DNA of 34,899 nucleotides, taken from an uncultured Candidatus Saccharibacteria bacterium. GTDB taxonomy: Bacteria; Patescibacteriota; Minisyncoccia; Phycocordibacterales; PALSA-1337. Every line of letters starts with the position of its first letter. Position 1 is the stretch's first letter. Both the position numbers and the translations under genes were made by a program. Of the stretch, positions 8,910-15,991 are shown piece by piece. Location: the NCBI GenBank assembly GCA_964555555.1, contig CAZKSQ010000002.1, positions 1 to 34,899 on the forward strand, read 5' to 3'. Below the pieces are notes generated by a model. The model ran no database searches and was not told the DNA's origin. It saw only the letters and a program-made list of their open reading frames with translations.

Positions 8910-8948
8910 GGATAGAAATATAAGAAAAGTTCTAATTATTAATAAATC

Positions 8949-8982
8949 AAAAAAACCTCTGATGTCGATCATCAGAGGTTTT
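8949..8982. terminator. bidirectional rho-independent terminator between convergent genes
   Basis: 11-bp stem AACCTCTGATG / CATCAGAGGTT (8954-8964 / 8970-8980), with an A-run before and TTTT after. Confidence 0.7.
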
Positions 8983-8999
8983 CGCGTAGTGCGGATTGG

Positions 9000-10010
9000 T
9001 TACCACACTGTAGTCCTAAAGAAAAGACGAGGCAAGCCAGGATACAAGGGTATCGTCACCTCGGTTTCATCGGAGAAACCATCGATGGCTGTAGCCTGCG
9101 TCCAAGTGATCAAGTCTTCCGAAGATTCGATCACCGTGTAAGCGCTCTCCGCTCCGAATACAGTCAAACCTTTCGGTGAAAACTGGAACTTTGCGGAATT
9201 TGCGACTTCATCACCGTTTTGGGTATACACCTTCGTGACACCTCCAGCCTTGATGGTGAATCTGGCTGGCAGACTGTTGGTGGAATACCATTCATTGAAG
9301 AAGACAACGTACGGCGACGTGAATTCTTTTGGTACCGTTAAGTTGGCTGTCTTTCGGAGGACGGTACGCACGCTGTTTGTCCAAGTGAAGAGGTAAACAG
9401 TGCTATCATCAGGTTCATTGGCGAACCGATCAGAGCTTGTTTCTACTCTCACAGAGAAGCTTTCTAGGTCGCTGATCCTTAGGGGTGCCGCGGTGTACGA
9501 CAGTTCAAGGTTAGAAAGTCCAACAGTGGTCATTTCTGACAAATGATCGACCTTCCCGAACAGTACAAGAGCTGTTGCTGATATAGCTGCATTGTCCCCA
9601 TAAAGGAAGCCGACTGGAAAGTCGTAAGTCACCTTTGCCCCTTGATCGGTTAGATCGGAGAGGTCGACGTAAAGCTGCTCCTGGTAAACTGTGATGTTAT
9701 CAATATAATCTTGATACGATCCAAATTTGTTGAATTCGACAGGTGGAGTAAACGGTATGCCTGGATTTCCGGAGCTGTCGGTCCATGAAGCGGAAAACCC
9801 GCTAAATATCGTGACGTTCGTGTCTTTGCCTCCTGAAAAAATCCAGTTGAAGTAATTCGTCGTGCTGCCGACCATTTCAAGCCGGTCAGGCAACGGGTAG
9901 GTTATCGAGACCAAGTTGGCCGAGTTTTGCCCCTCCGCAGTAAACGTCACGGAGAGGGCAGTGAGGGCGATCGCGAAGATCGCCAGGAAACCGAAGTTAT
10001 GATTTTTCAT
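9000..10010 (-). CDS. secreted protein of unknown function with a C-terminal WTQ...FFR module
   Basis: Start taken at MKNHNFGFLAIFAIALTALSVTFTAEG (signal peptide), preceded by SD-like GAAAGGG. The C-terminus resembles that of the 19892-22462 protein. Confidence 0.75.
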   Translation of the reverse strand: MKNHNFGFLAIFAIALTALSVTFTAEGQNSANLVSITYPLPDRLEMVGSTTNYFNWIFSGGKDTNVTIFSGFSASWTDSSGNPGIPFTPPVEFNKFGSYQDYIDNITVYQEQLYVDLSDLTDQGAKVTYDFPVGFLYGDNAAISATALVLFGKVDHLSEMTTVGLSNLELSYTAAPLRISDLESFSVRVETSSDRFANEPDDSTVYLFTWTNSVRTVLRKTANLTVPKEFTSPYVVFFNEWYSTNSLPARFTIKAGGVTKVYTQNGDEVANSAKFQFSPKGLTVFGAESAYTVIESSEDLITWTQATAIDGFSDETEVTIPLYPGLPRLFFRTTVW

Positions 10011-10204
10011 CACAACCCTTTCTTTTTGCGTTTTGGCGGAGGACACGACAGTGCCCGCACACAAAACAGGTTAGTTGATTTGAAGCTTTGCCTCGTGTTT
10101 TCAACGAGCACACACTTCCTATCTACCGTCAAGCATAGCATAGGTTACGGGGTTTGTAAAGGGGGAGGTTATCAACAGGGTGGGGATAAGTAAACAGATT
10201 GGTA

Positions 10205-10210
10205 TATAAT
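10205..10210 (+). promoter_or_regulatory. -10 hexamer, leaderless-type
   Basis: TATAAT ends 6 nt before ATG 10217. Confidence 0.45.
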
Positions 10211-10216
10211 CAAGGG

Positions 10217-10765
10217 ATGTTCATAGTATTTTTACTATTGATCAGTATCGCACTCATCACGATTACAACCATAATCGCCGTAATATTTTTTGTACGAGAC
10301 ATGTTTACGCGTGACGTGCCTTTTTTGCCTATAAGAAAGGATGTATTAAAAATAATAATTGATACACTACAACTTTTTGAAGGCGATATTTTTTACGACT
10401 TGGGTTCTGGAGACGCACGAGTGCTCATTCACGCAGTCAAACAGGTGCCGGGAATTAGAGCAATAGGTATTGAGAATGGAATTATACCTTTTATCATCTC
10501 GTCTATAAAAATTTGCAGATTGCCGGTTGATATTCGTTTCGAGAATATACTTAATAGCTATATTTCAGATGCAACACATATATACTGTTATCTCGTACCA
10601 AATTTTTTGGAAAAAGTTCAAAAGAAAATAATACGAGAATGTAAAAAGGGCACAAAAATTATCTCATGCGACTATCCTTTTTTAGATTTAATGCAAGTAG
10701 ATAAGATATCGATATCAACTGAAAGAAGTTCAATTATGAGAATCTTGTATATTTATACGATTTAA
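10217..10765 (+). CDS. membrane-anchored class I SAM-dependent methyltransferase-like protein
   Basis: N-terminal TM helix, then motif-I-like FYDLGSGDARVLI. Start moved from TTG 10199 to ATG 10217. Confidence 0.6.
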   Translation: MFIVFLLLISIALITITTIIAVIFFVRDMFTRDVPFLPIRKDVLKIIIDTLQLFEGDIFYDLGSGDARVLIHAVKQVPGIRAIGIENGIIPFIISSIKICRLPVDIRFENILNSYISDATHIYCYLVPNFLEKVQKKIIRECKKGTKIISCDYPFLDLMQVDKISISTERSSIMRILYIYTI

Positions 10766-10796
10766 AAAACTTTCCCAATTTAAGTTTGGGAAAGTT
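10763..10796 (-). terminator. terminator of the minus-strand zinc-ribbon gene
   Basis: 11-bp stem AACTTTCCCAA / TTGGGAAAGTT (10768-10778 / 10786-10796). On the minus strand it is followed by a T-run. Confidence 0.6.
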
Positions 10797-10803
10797 CTCG
10801 CGT

Positions 10804-11175
10804 CTATTCGTTGTTGATATGGCCGATTTTTTTAAGCTTGTCACTTCCGCAATTCGGGCAGTTTCCATTATCTGGATCGCAGTCTTTGCAATGTACGCAG
10901 TCGCATTCTCGGCAACGCCAGATTGAGTCACCATCGTCATTTTTTCCGCATCGTGGGCATTCCGAAAACTCATCATCTTCATCTGAATCTTCATCTGCCT
11001 CGCTGTTTGGGTCGATACTGCCAATCTTGCGCATCTTGCTGCTGTTACATTTTGGGCAGTTTCCATTATCTGGATCGCAGTCTCGGCAATGCACGCAACC
11101 ACAATCGCCACATGACCAGATTTCGTCGTCTTCCGTATCATTACCGCAATTCGGACATTTCGAATATGTCGACAT
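10804..11175 (-). CDS. Cys-rich protein made of two tandem zinc-ribbon modules joined by an acidic linker
   Basis: MSTYSKCPNCG... Each half reads CPxCG..D.IW.C..C.CVHC.DCDPDNGNCP.C.S.K..KIG. SD GAGGTG lies 4 nt upstream of ATG 11175. Confidence 0.75.
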   Translation of the reverse strand: MSTYSKCPNCGNDTEDDEIWSCGDCGCVHCRDCDPDNGNCPKCNSSKMRKIGSIDPNSEADEDSDEDDEFSECPRCGKNDDGDSIWRCRECDCVHCKDCDPDNGNCPNCGSDKLKKIGHINNE

Positions 11176-11330
11176 AAAACACCTCACAATTCATGGTTAG
11201 TTTCTTTTTGTGATATTAGACTACATATTCGCCGTGTCATACATGACATTTATCCACAGCCCCGATTGACGCCGTAAAATACGGTGCTAGTGTGTGCATG
11301 TCTGTAAGATATCAGATTAAAAATAACAAA

Positions 11331-11639
11331 ATGAAGAACAAAATCGTAGCTACAGCGCTTTTGGTTGCATCGGTATCGTTGCTTGGTTATCAGGCGGTTT
11401 TCGGCCAGACTTCCGCTCCGAAGTCTTCGGATGTGAATGGTGATGGATGTGTAGACATGAAGGACATGCTCATCGTAAAGGCACAAGTCGACGCGCGCAG
11501 CACTAACCTCGCTTATGACATCAACGGCGATGGCAAAGTCGATATCGCCGATGTCCGCTATGTAGTCGTCCATTTCGACGTCCCAGGAGGCTCGCATTTC
11601 ACGCCTTGCCCGTTCAAGTCTGTGCCGAAGCAGGTGTAG
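11331..11639 (+). CDS. small secreted stand-alone dockerin-like (Ca-binding repeat) protein
   Basis: Signal peptide MKNKIVATALLVASVSLLGYQAVFG. Then DVNGDGCVDMKD and DINGDGKVDIAD. Paralogous to the N-terminus of the 6939-8909 protein. Confidence 0.7.
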   Translation: MKNKIVATALLVASVSLLGYQAVFGQTSAPKSSDVNGDGCVDMKDMLIVKAQVDARSTNLAYDINGDGKVDIADVRYVVVHFDVPGGSHFTPCPFKSVPKQV

Positions 11640-11665
11640 TCCCATAAAAAATGTGGTGAGCAGAC

Positions 11666-11689
11666 CGGCAGTTAAAGCTGCCGTTTTTT
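11666..11689 (+). terminator. rho-independent terminator
   Basis: CGGCAG-ttaaag-CTGCCG followed by TTTTTT. Confidence 0.75.
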
Positions 11690-11817
11690 GCTAAATATTG
11701 ACATATTCCAATCTAGACGTAGACTATTATCTGGTAGAACATTGAGAGCCTAACGTTAGTTCTTTGTGTCGACTACCTGTCGGTGAACAAAAAAAGTAGT
11801 TGTAATATCATATAAGT

Positions 11818-12313
11818 ATGAAAACAGGGATAGCTGTGAGCGGTGTTGACACACCGCCGCATAATCAAGTCTGTCAGCAACGGCATTCCGTTCCACTTGC
11901 TACAGTCTTGCAGTATCAAAACAGTGCCGTAGTCGCTCGTATTGCTAAGGACTTGACGTTGACACAAACGGAAGCGGAACAATTGTTTCGTGACACCCTT
12001 ATGTTCCTATGGCTGGCGGCCAAATTTGGAGGTGTAGTTCCTCCTCCGCAAATTGACGAGGGTTGGCACGCCTTCATCCTTTTTACTAAAGGATTATCAG
12101 GAATTCTGTCACGAGCAATTCGGAATGTTTCTTCATCATCGGCCGCGTCGTCCTGAAGATAAGCCAGATGGAGGAAAGCTACGAAAACGAACTCAATCGC
12201 TTGTGGGTGAGTATCTGGGCGATGGTCTGGGAGTTAATTGGACCTACAAAGTTCTGGCCAGCGGTGATTGCGAACAATCCTGTGCCCCAAGCCGGGATTG
12301 TAACAGTCAATAA
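11818..12313 (+). pseudogene. frameshifted GRDP-like (glycine-rich-domain-protein-like) gene
   Basis: ORF 11818-12156 ends its conserved part at ...IDEGWHAFILFTK. ORF 12053-12313, in the +1 frame, continues with DYQEFCHEQFGMFLHHRP. The two join if one nucleotide at about 12088-12091 (AAAG) is removed. Confidence 0.55.
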
Positions 12314-12357
12314 GTAGGTGGCAATGCCATCTTTATCAGCATCACGTGCTACAAGGA

Positions 12358-12366
12358 TGTTATAAT
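12358..12366 (+). promoter_or_regulatory. consensus extended -10 promoter element
   Basis: TGTTATAAT lies 18 nt upstream of ATG 12385 and downstream of the alternative GTG 12346. Confidence 0.5.
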
Positions 12367-12384
12367 CTTAGTAGCACCTTTTTT

Positions 12385-12921
12385 ATGAAGCAAAACTACA
12401 TACACAAAATGATCGAATTTGGGCTTCTTGCTAAAGCAGGAAAGGTCCTTGATCTTGGCTGCGGTAAAGGCGCGGACTCCATATTGCTTGCACAGAAAGG
12501 ATATGAGGTAACTGCTGTTGATATAAAAAAACAAAGCTTCGAAGACCCAAAAATAGCTTTCATTCAAAGCGCTATCGAATCTTTTGATATTAAAAAAAAT
12601 ACATATGCGGCGATAATTGCGCGTAATGTATTGCCTTTTGTAAACGATAAAAATAAAGTCGAGCGTATTTTAAAAGTTATGACGGAAGGCCTTACCGAAG
12701 AAGGTTGCATGTTCCTTACAGTTTTTGGGGTGAAAGATGATTGGTTCGGAAAAGAACATATGAGTTTTTTTGCTGAAGCTGAGATCGATTTGATCGTGAG
12801 CAAGCTTCCTATAAAGGTTTTTGAGAAAAACGCTATGGAAGGTTTCGGTTTGACCATGTCAAAAGACATCAAATATTGGAATGTATTTAGTTATATATGC
12901 ACAAAGAAGGTCATTCGCTAG
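12385..12921 (+). CDS. class I SAM-dependent methyltransferase (TehB-like)
   Basis: VLDLGCGKGADSILLAQKGYEVTAVDI (motif I plus the acidic residue at the end of beta-2). Start moved to ATG 12385. Confidence 0.8.
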   Translation: MKQNYIHKMIEFGLLAKAGKVLDLGCGKGADSILLAQKGYEVTAVDIKKQSFEDPKIAFIQSAIESFDIKKNTYAAIIARNVLPFVNDKNKVERILKVMTEGLTEEGCMFLTVFGVKDDWFGKEHMSFFAEAEIDLIVSKLPIKVFEKNAMEGFGLTMSKDIKYWNVFSYICTKKVIR

Positions 12922-12962
12922 GCAAAATCTGCAACATTGCTCGGAGTCATTGCAACTATGAT

Positions 12963-13466
12963 ATGGAAATAAAATCAACTCTTACAAATCGCCTCGGGCA
13001 AGTGCTCAAGGTCATATATCGTGAAAGTGACCCATTGGAAGGTCTTGAAGGTAAGGTTTTAAAGGGAGTGCATGCCTTCTGTTTTTGTGAAGGCAAGTTT
13101 GTAGTCGTCTATGCGCCATCGAAGAAATATTGGACACCGCCGGGCGGAGGCATTGAAACTGGAGAGACCTATGAAGAAGCTGTTATTCGTGAAGTTAAAG
13201 AAGAGACGAATATGAAGGTTTTATATCAGCAACTCATCGGTTATCAAGATATATATGAGCCTGACATAATAGTCCGTCAAACGCGATCATTTTGCATTGT
13301 TGAGCCGTATGGGCCTTTTGTAAAAGATCCGGATGGAGATATCACCGAGATCAAACTGATAGATCAAAATGATTATAAAAAGTATTTTGATTGGGGCAAC
13401 GTAGGTGAAAGGGTTATGCAAATGGCTCTTGAGGAATTATCTGCAAACAAGCATTATCATGTATAA
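12963..13466 (+). CDS. Nudix hydrolase
   Basis: Nudix box GGGIETGETYEEAVIREVKEETN. Start taken at MEIKSTL to avoid overlap with the upstream gene. Start uncertain. Confidence 0.8.
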   Translation: MEIKSTLTNRLGQVLKVIYRESDPLEGLEGKVLKGVHAFCFCEGKFVVVYAPSKKYWTPPGGGIETGETYEEAVIREVKEETNMKVLYQQLIGYQDIYEPDIIVRQTRSFCIVEPYGPFVKDPDGDITEIKLIDQNDYKKYFDWGNVGERVMQMALEELSANKHYHV

Positions 13467-13479
13467 GCTAATGTTTTTG

Positions 13480-13488
13480 TGATATATT
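13480..13488 (+). promoter_or_regulatory. extended -10 element, leaderless-type
   Basis: TGATATATT ends 6 nt before ATG 13495. Confidence 0.45.
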
Positions 13489-13494
13489 ACACGA

Positions 13495-14727
13495 ATGGAT
13501 TCAAAAATCTCATCTTTTGTTTTGCCTAACGGCCTAACCGTGGTAAGCATTTATAAGCCATATAGCCCAAATGTCTCTTTTAGCCTTAGATTGATGGCTG
13601 GCAGCATATACGAAAAAAAAGATGAGATCGGTGTGGCGCATTTTTTGGAACATATCGTATTCGATGGCACAGAGAAGTATCCAGATGAAAAAAAGTTAGC
13701 CGAGCTTATCGATGAGCGCGGGGGATATCGGAATGGCATAACAAGCAGGGAAACTGTTGAATATGTCGTCAAGGTACTCAGAGAAGACGCGGATGTCGGA
13801 TTTGAGTATCTTTCCCAGATCGCCTCTTCGCCTTTGATGCGCGAAAATGACATAGAAAAACAGAAGAAGATTATTGAGCAGGAAATTTATCGATTCAAAT
13901 CTGATCCTATGACGCTCGCACCTAGATTGATATATTCTGCAATATTTCCCAATACTCGTTTAGAAGCACTTAGTTCTGGAGACGTAGAGGATATAGCAAA
14001 GATTTCAAGAGATTCTATTCACGGATATTTTTCCAAAACTCATGTCGCTAAAAACATGGTTTTGTGCGTAAGCGGAAACATTTCTGAAGAAGTCTTGCGC
14101 GGATCGGCAGAAAAATATTTTGTAAATATTAGCTCCGGGCATGAAATGGGCAAAATAGATATAGACGTGCCTATGAAGGATGGCCAAATTGTGTCGAAAG
14201 TTCCGGGATTAAAGCAGTCAACGTTGGCCATCGGCTACTCGTCTTTCCAGATTAGATCGGCCCATCGGTATGCAGCAGATCTAATATCGGCTATTCTTAC
14301 GAAAGGCAAGTCTTCAAGGTTGGTCTATGAAATAAGAGAAAAAAGGGCGATGGCATATGCAGTTAATAGCAGTAATTATTCCGGAAGAAACTTCGGTGCC
14401 TTTGTGGTGCAGGTTGGCTTGGCACAGGACAAGGTCCCAGAATGTCAAAGCATTATTTTGAATGAAATAAAAAGATTAAGTACAGAGACATTATCTAGCG
14501 CGGAATTAGCGAAGGCAATATCTTTCATCAAAGCAAACATGGCTTTTTCTTTTGAGAATTCTTTAGCAGAAGCCTCATATTATTCTGGATCTTGGTGCGC
14601 TACAGGCAATATCGTGTCTGTTGAAAAAGAAATTTCAAATTATGGAACGGTGAATCCATTGGAAATTCTAGAAACAGCGAAATTGTTGTTTTCCAAGAAA
14701 CCTGCAATATTGACTATTCTTGCCTAG
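13495..14727 (+). CDS. M16 (pitrilysin/insulinase) family zinc peptidase
   Basis: Inverted zinc motif HFLEH near the N-terminus. 410 aa with the two-lobe M16 length. Confidence 0.85.
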   Translation: MDSKISSFVLPNGLTVVSIYKPYSPNVSFSLRLMAGSIYEKKDEIGVAHFLEHIVFDGTEKYPDEKKLAELIDERGGYRNGITSRETVEYVVKVLREDADVGFEYLSQIASSPLMRENDIEKQKKIIEQEIYRFKSDPMTLAPRLIYSAIFPNTRLEALSSGDVEDIAKISRDSIHGYFSKTHVAKNMVLCVSGNISEEVLRGSAEKYFVNISSGHEMGKIDIDVPMKDGQIVSKVPGLKQSTLAIGYSSFQIRSAHRYAADLISAILTKGKSSRLVYEIREKRAMAYAVNSSNYSGRNFGAFVVQVGLAQDKVPECQSIILNEIKRLSTETLSSAELAKAISFIKANMAFSFENSLAEASYYSGSWCATGNIVSVEKEISNYGTVNPLEILETAKLLFSKKPAILTILA

Positions 14728-14743
14728 CTTGACTTTTTTCTAC

Positions 14744-14773
14744 TTGACATACCTAGGATTATGCTAGTAGACT
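14744..14773 (+). promoter_or_regulatory. candidate sigma-70 promoter of a short stand-alone transcription unit
   Basis: TTGACA (14744-14749), 18-nt spacer, TAGACT (14768-14773). Confidence 0.3.
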
Positions 14774-14861
14774 AATAATGCAGGTAACCTCAAATGAGGG
14801 AGAACGGACAGCTGTTTGACTGCTGTAGCTCGTAAAAACAAAAAAATCTAAGACAGATCTT

Positions 14862-14936
14862 ATGATTAAAATTCATCTAAATGGTGACGACGATGGTCCC
14901 GATCACGATGATTACGGTGACGAAAGTTCACCATAG
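14862..14936 (+). CDS. candidate 24-aa acidic micro-ORF (MIKIHLNGDDDGPDHDDYGDESSP)
   Basis: My own translation. ATG to TAG. It lies between the candidate promoter and a strong terminator. There is no SD, but most genes here lack one. It could equally be a non-coding sRNA. Confidence 0.25.
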   Translation: MIKIHLNGDDDGPDHDDYGDESSP

Positions 14937-14958
14937 TCTCGTTGCAATCAATAGTTGG

Positions 14959-14987
14959 GGGTTGGTAGAAATACCAGCCCTTTTTTT
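14959..14987 (+). terminator. strong rho-independent terminator
   Basis: GGGTTGGTA-gaaa-TACCAGCCC (9 bp including one GU, GNRA loop) followed by TTTTTTT. Confidence 0.75.
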
Positions 14988-14988
14988 A

Positions 14989-14997
14989 TGCTAAAAT
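14989..14997 (+). promoter_or_regulatory. extended -10 element, leaderless-type, for the SDR operon
   Basis: TGCTAAAAT ends 6 nt before ATG 15004 and abuts the terminator T-run. Confidence 0.45.
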
Positions 14998-15003
14998 CAT
15001 CCC

Positions 15004-15690
15004 ATGAAAGGCAAGAATATAGTCATTACCGGCGCTAGCCGCGGACTGGGCAAAGCGATGGCAGAAGTTGCTATGAAGCGCGGAGCAAAGGTCATGGCCT
15101 CCGCCAGAAGCGAAAAGGATCTGGAGGCACTGGCAAAAGAGATAGGGGCAGTTCCATTCAAGGCTGATGTGACCAAAGAAAAGGAAATGATCGCTTTGGC
15201 CAAGGCGGCCGTCAAAGAATTTGGTCATATAGACATCTGGATCAACAATGCCGGCGTGTGGTTGCCGCGAGGACCTATAGAAGATGCCGATATGGATAGG
15301 GCACATGAATTAATCGAGGTAAATCTTTTTGGCACTATGTATGGCACGCGTGCGATTTTGCCGTACTTCAAGGAAAAGGGAAGTGGAATTATTGTGAATG
15401 TGGTATCGACCGCGGCATTGGTGGGACGGCCGAATTCCTGCGTCTACTCTGCTAGCAAATGGGCGGCGCGAGGATTCACCGATTCTTTGCGAGAAGAGGT
15501 CAAGGCTATGGGTATCAAAGTAATTGGAATTTATCCTGGAGGAATAAAAACTGACCTTTTCAATGAGCAAAAGCCTTCGGAATATGACGACTTCATGGAT
15601 CCGTATGAGACAGCCGTGAAGATCTTGGATAATTTGGCAAAACAAGATCCCGATGTGGAGATGGTATTGAAGCGACCCGGACAGTCGTAA
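15004..15690 (+). CDS. short-chain dehydrogenase/reductase (SDR)
   Basis: TGASRGLG (TGxxxGxG), NNAG and YSASK (YxxxK). Confidence 0.9.
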   Translation: MKGKNIVITGASRGLGKAMAEVAMKRGAKVMASARSEKDLEALAKEIGAVPFKADVTKEKEMIALAKAAVKEFGHIDIWINNAGVWLPRGPIEDADMDRAHELIEVNLFGTMYGTRAILPYFKEKGSGIIVNVVSTAALVGRPNSCVYSASKWAARGFTDSLREEVKAMGIKVIGIYPGGIKTDLFNEQKPSEYDDFMDPYETAVKILDNLAKQDPDVEMVLKRPGQS

Positions 15691-15694
15691 TGCC

Positions 15695-15967
15695 TTGAAA
15701 AACCTGAATCAAATCAGAAAAAAGATCGACGGCATCGATGGCAATATCGTGAAGCTTATTGCCAAACGCTTTTCATACCTGCCTGCAATAACAAAATACA
15801 AGAAGGAGCTCGGTTTGCCATTGAAATGCGCCAAAAGGGAGCTTGAGATCTTGATTCGCTTGGAAAAGCAGGCAAAAGCTCTCAAAATCGAGCCTGATGC
15901 CATAAAAAGCATATTTATAGCTATTTTCAAGCAATCGCGCGCGATTCAGAAGGAATTGAAACCCTGA
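15695..15967 (+). CDS. chorismate mutase, AroQ class (or an isochorismate-pyruvate-lyase-like relative)
   Basis: 90 aa. LNQIRKKIDGIDGNIVKLIAKRF...KRELEIL pattern of the all-helical CM_2 fold. TTG start, 4 nt after the SDR stop. Confidence 0.7.
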   Translation: MKNLNQIRKKIDGIDGNIVKLIAKRFSYLPAITKYKKELGLPLKCAKRELEILIRLEKQAKALKIEPDAIKSIFIAIFKQSRAIQKELKP

Positions 15968-15975
15968 ATATTATG

Positions 15976-15984
15976 TGCCATAAT
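15976..15984 (+). promoter_or_regulatory. extended -10 element, leaderless-type (internal to the operon)
   Basis: TGCCATAAT ends 7 nt before ATG 15992. Confidence 0.4.
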
Positions 15985-15991
15985 AGAGAAA

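Noticed and set aside
14727-15004. Search for tRNA or other known small RNA genes in this and the other larger intergenic gaps (1198-1384, 2318-2584, 11640-11817, 19797-19891)
   Set aside because: I found no acceptor-stem or T-loop (GTTCRANNC) arrangement and no recognisable RNA-family signature by eye. A proper tRNAscan or Rfam run is still advisable.
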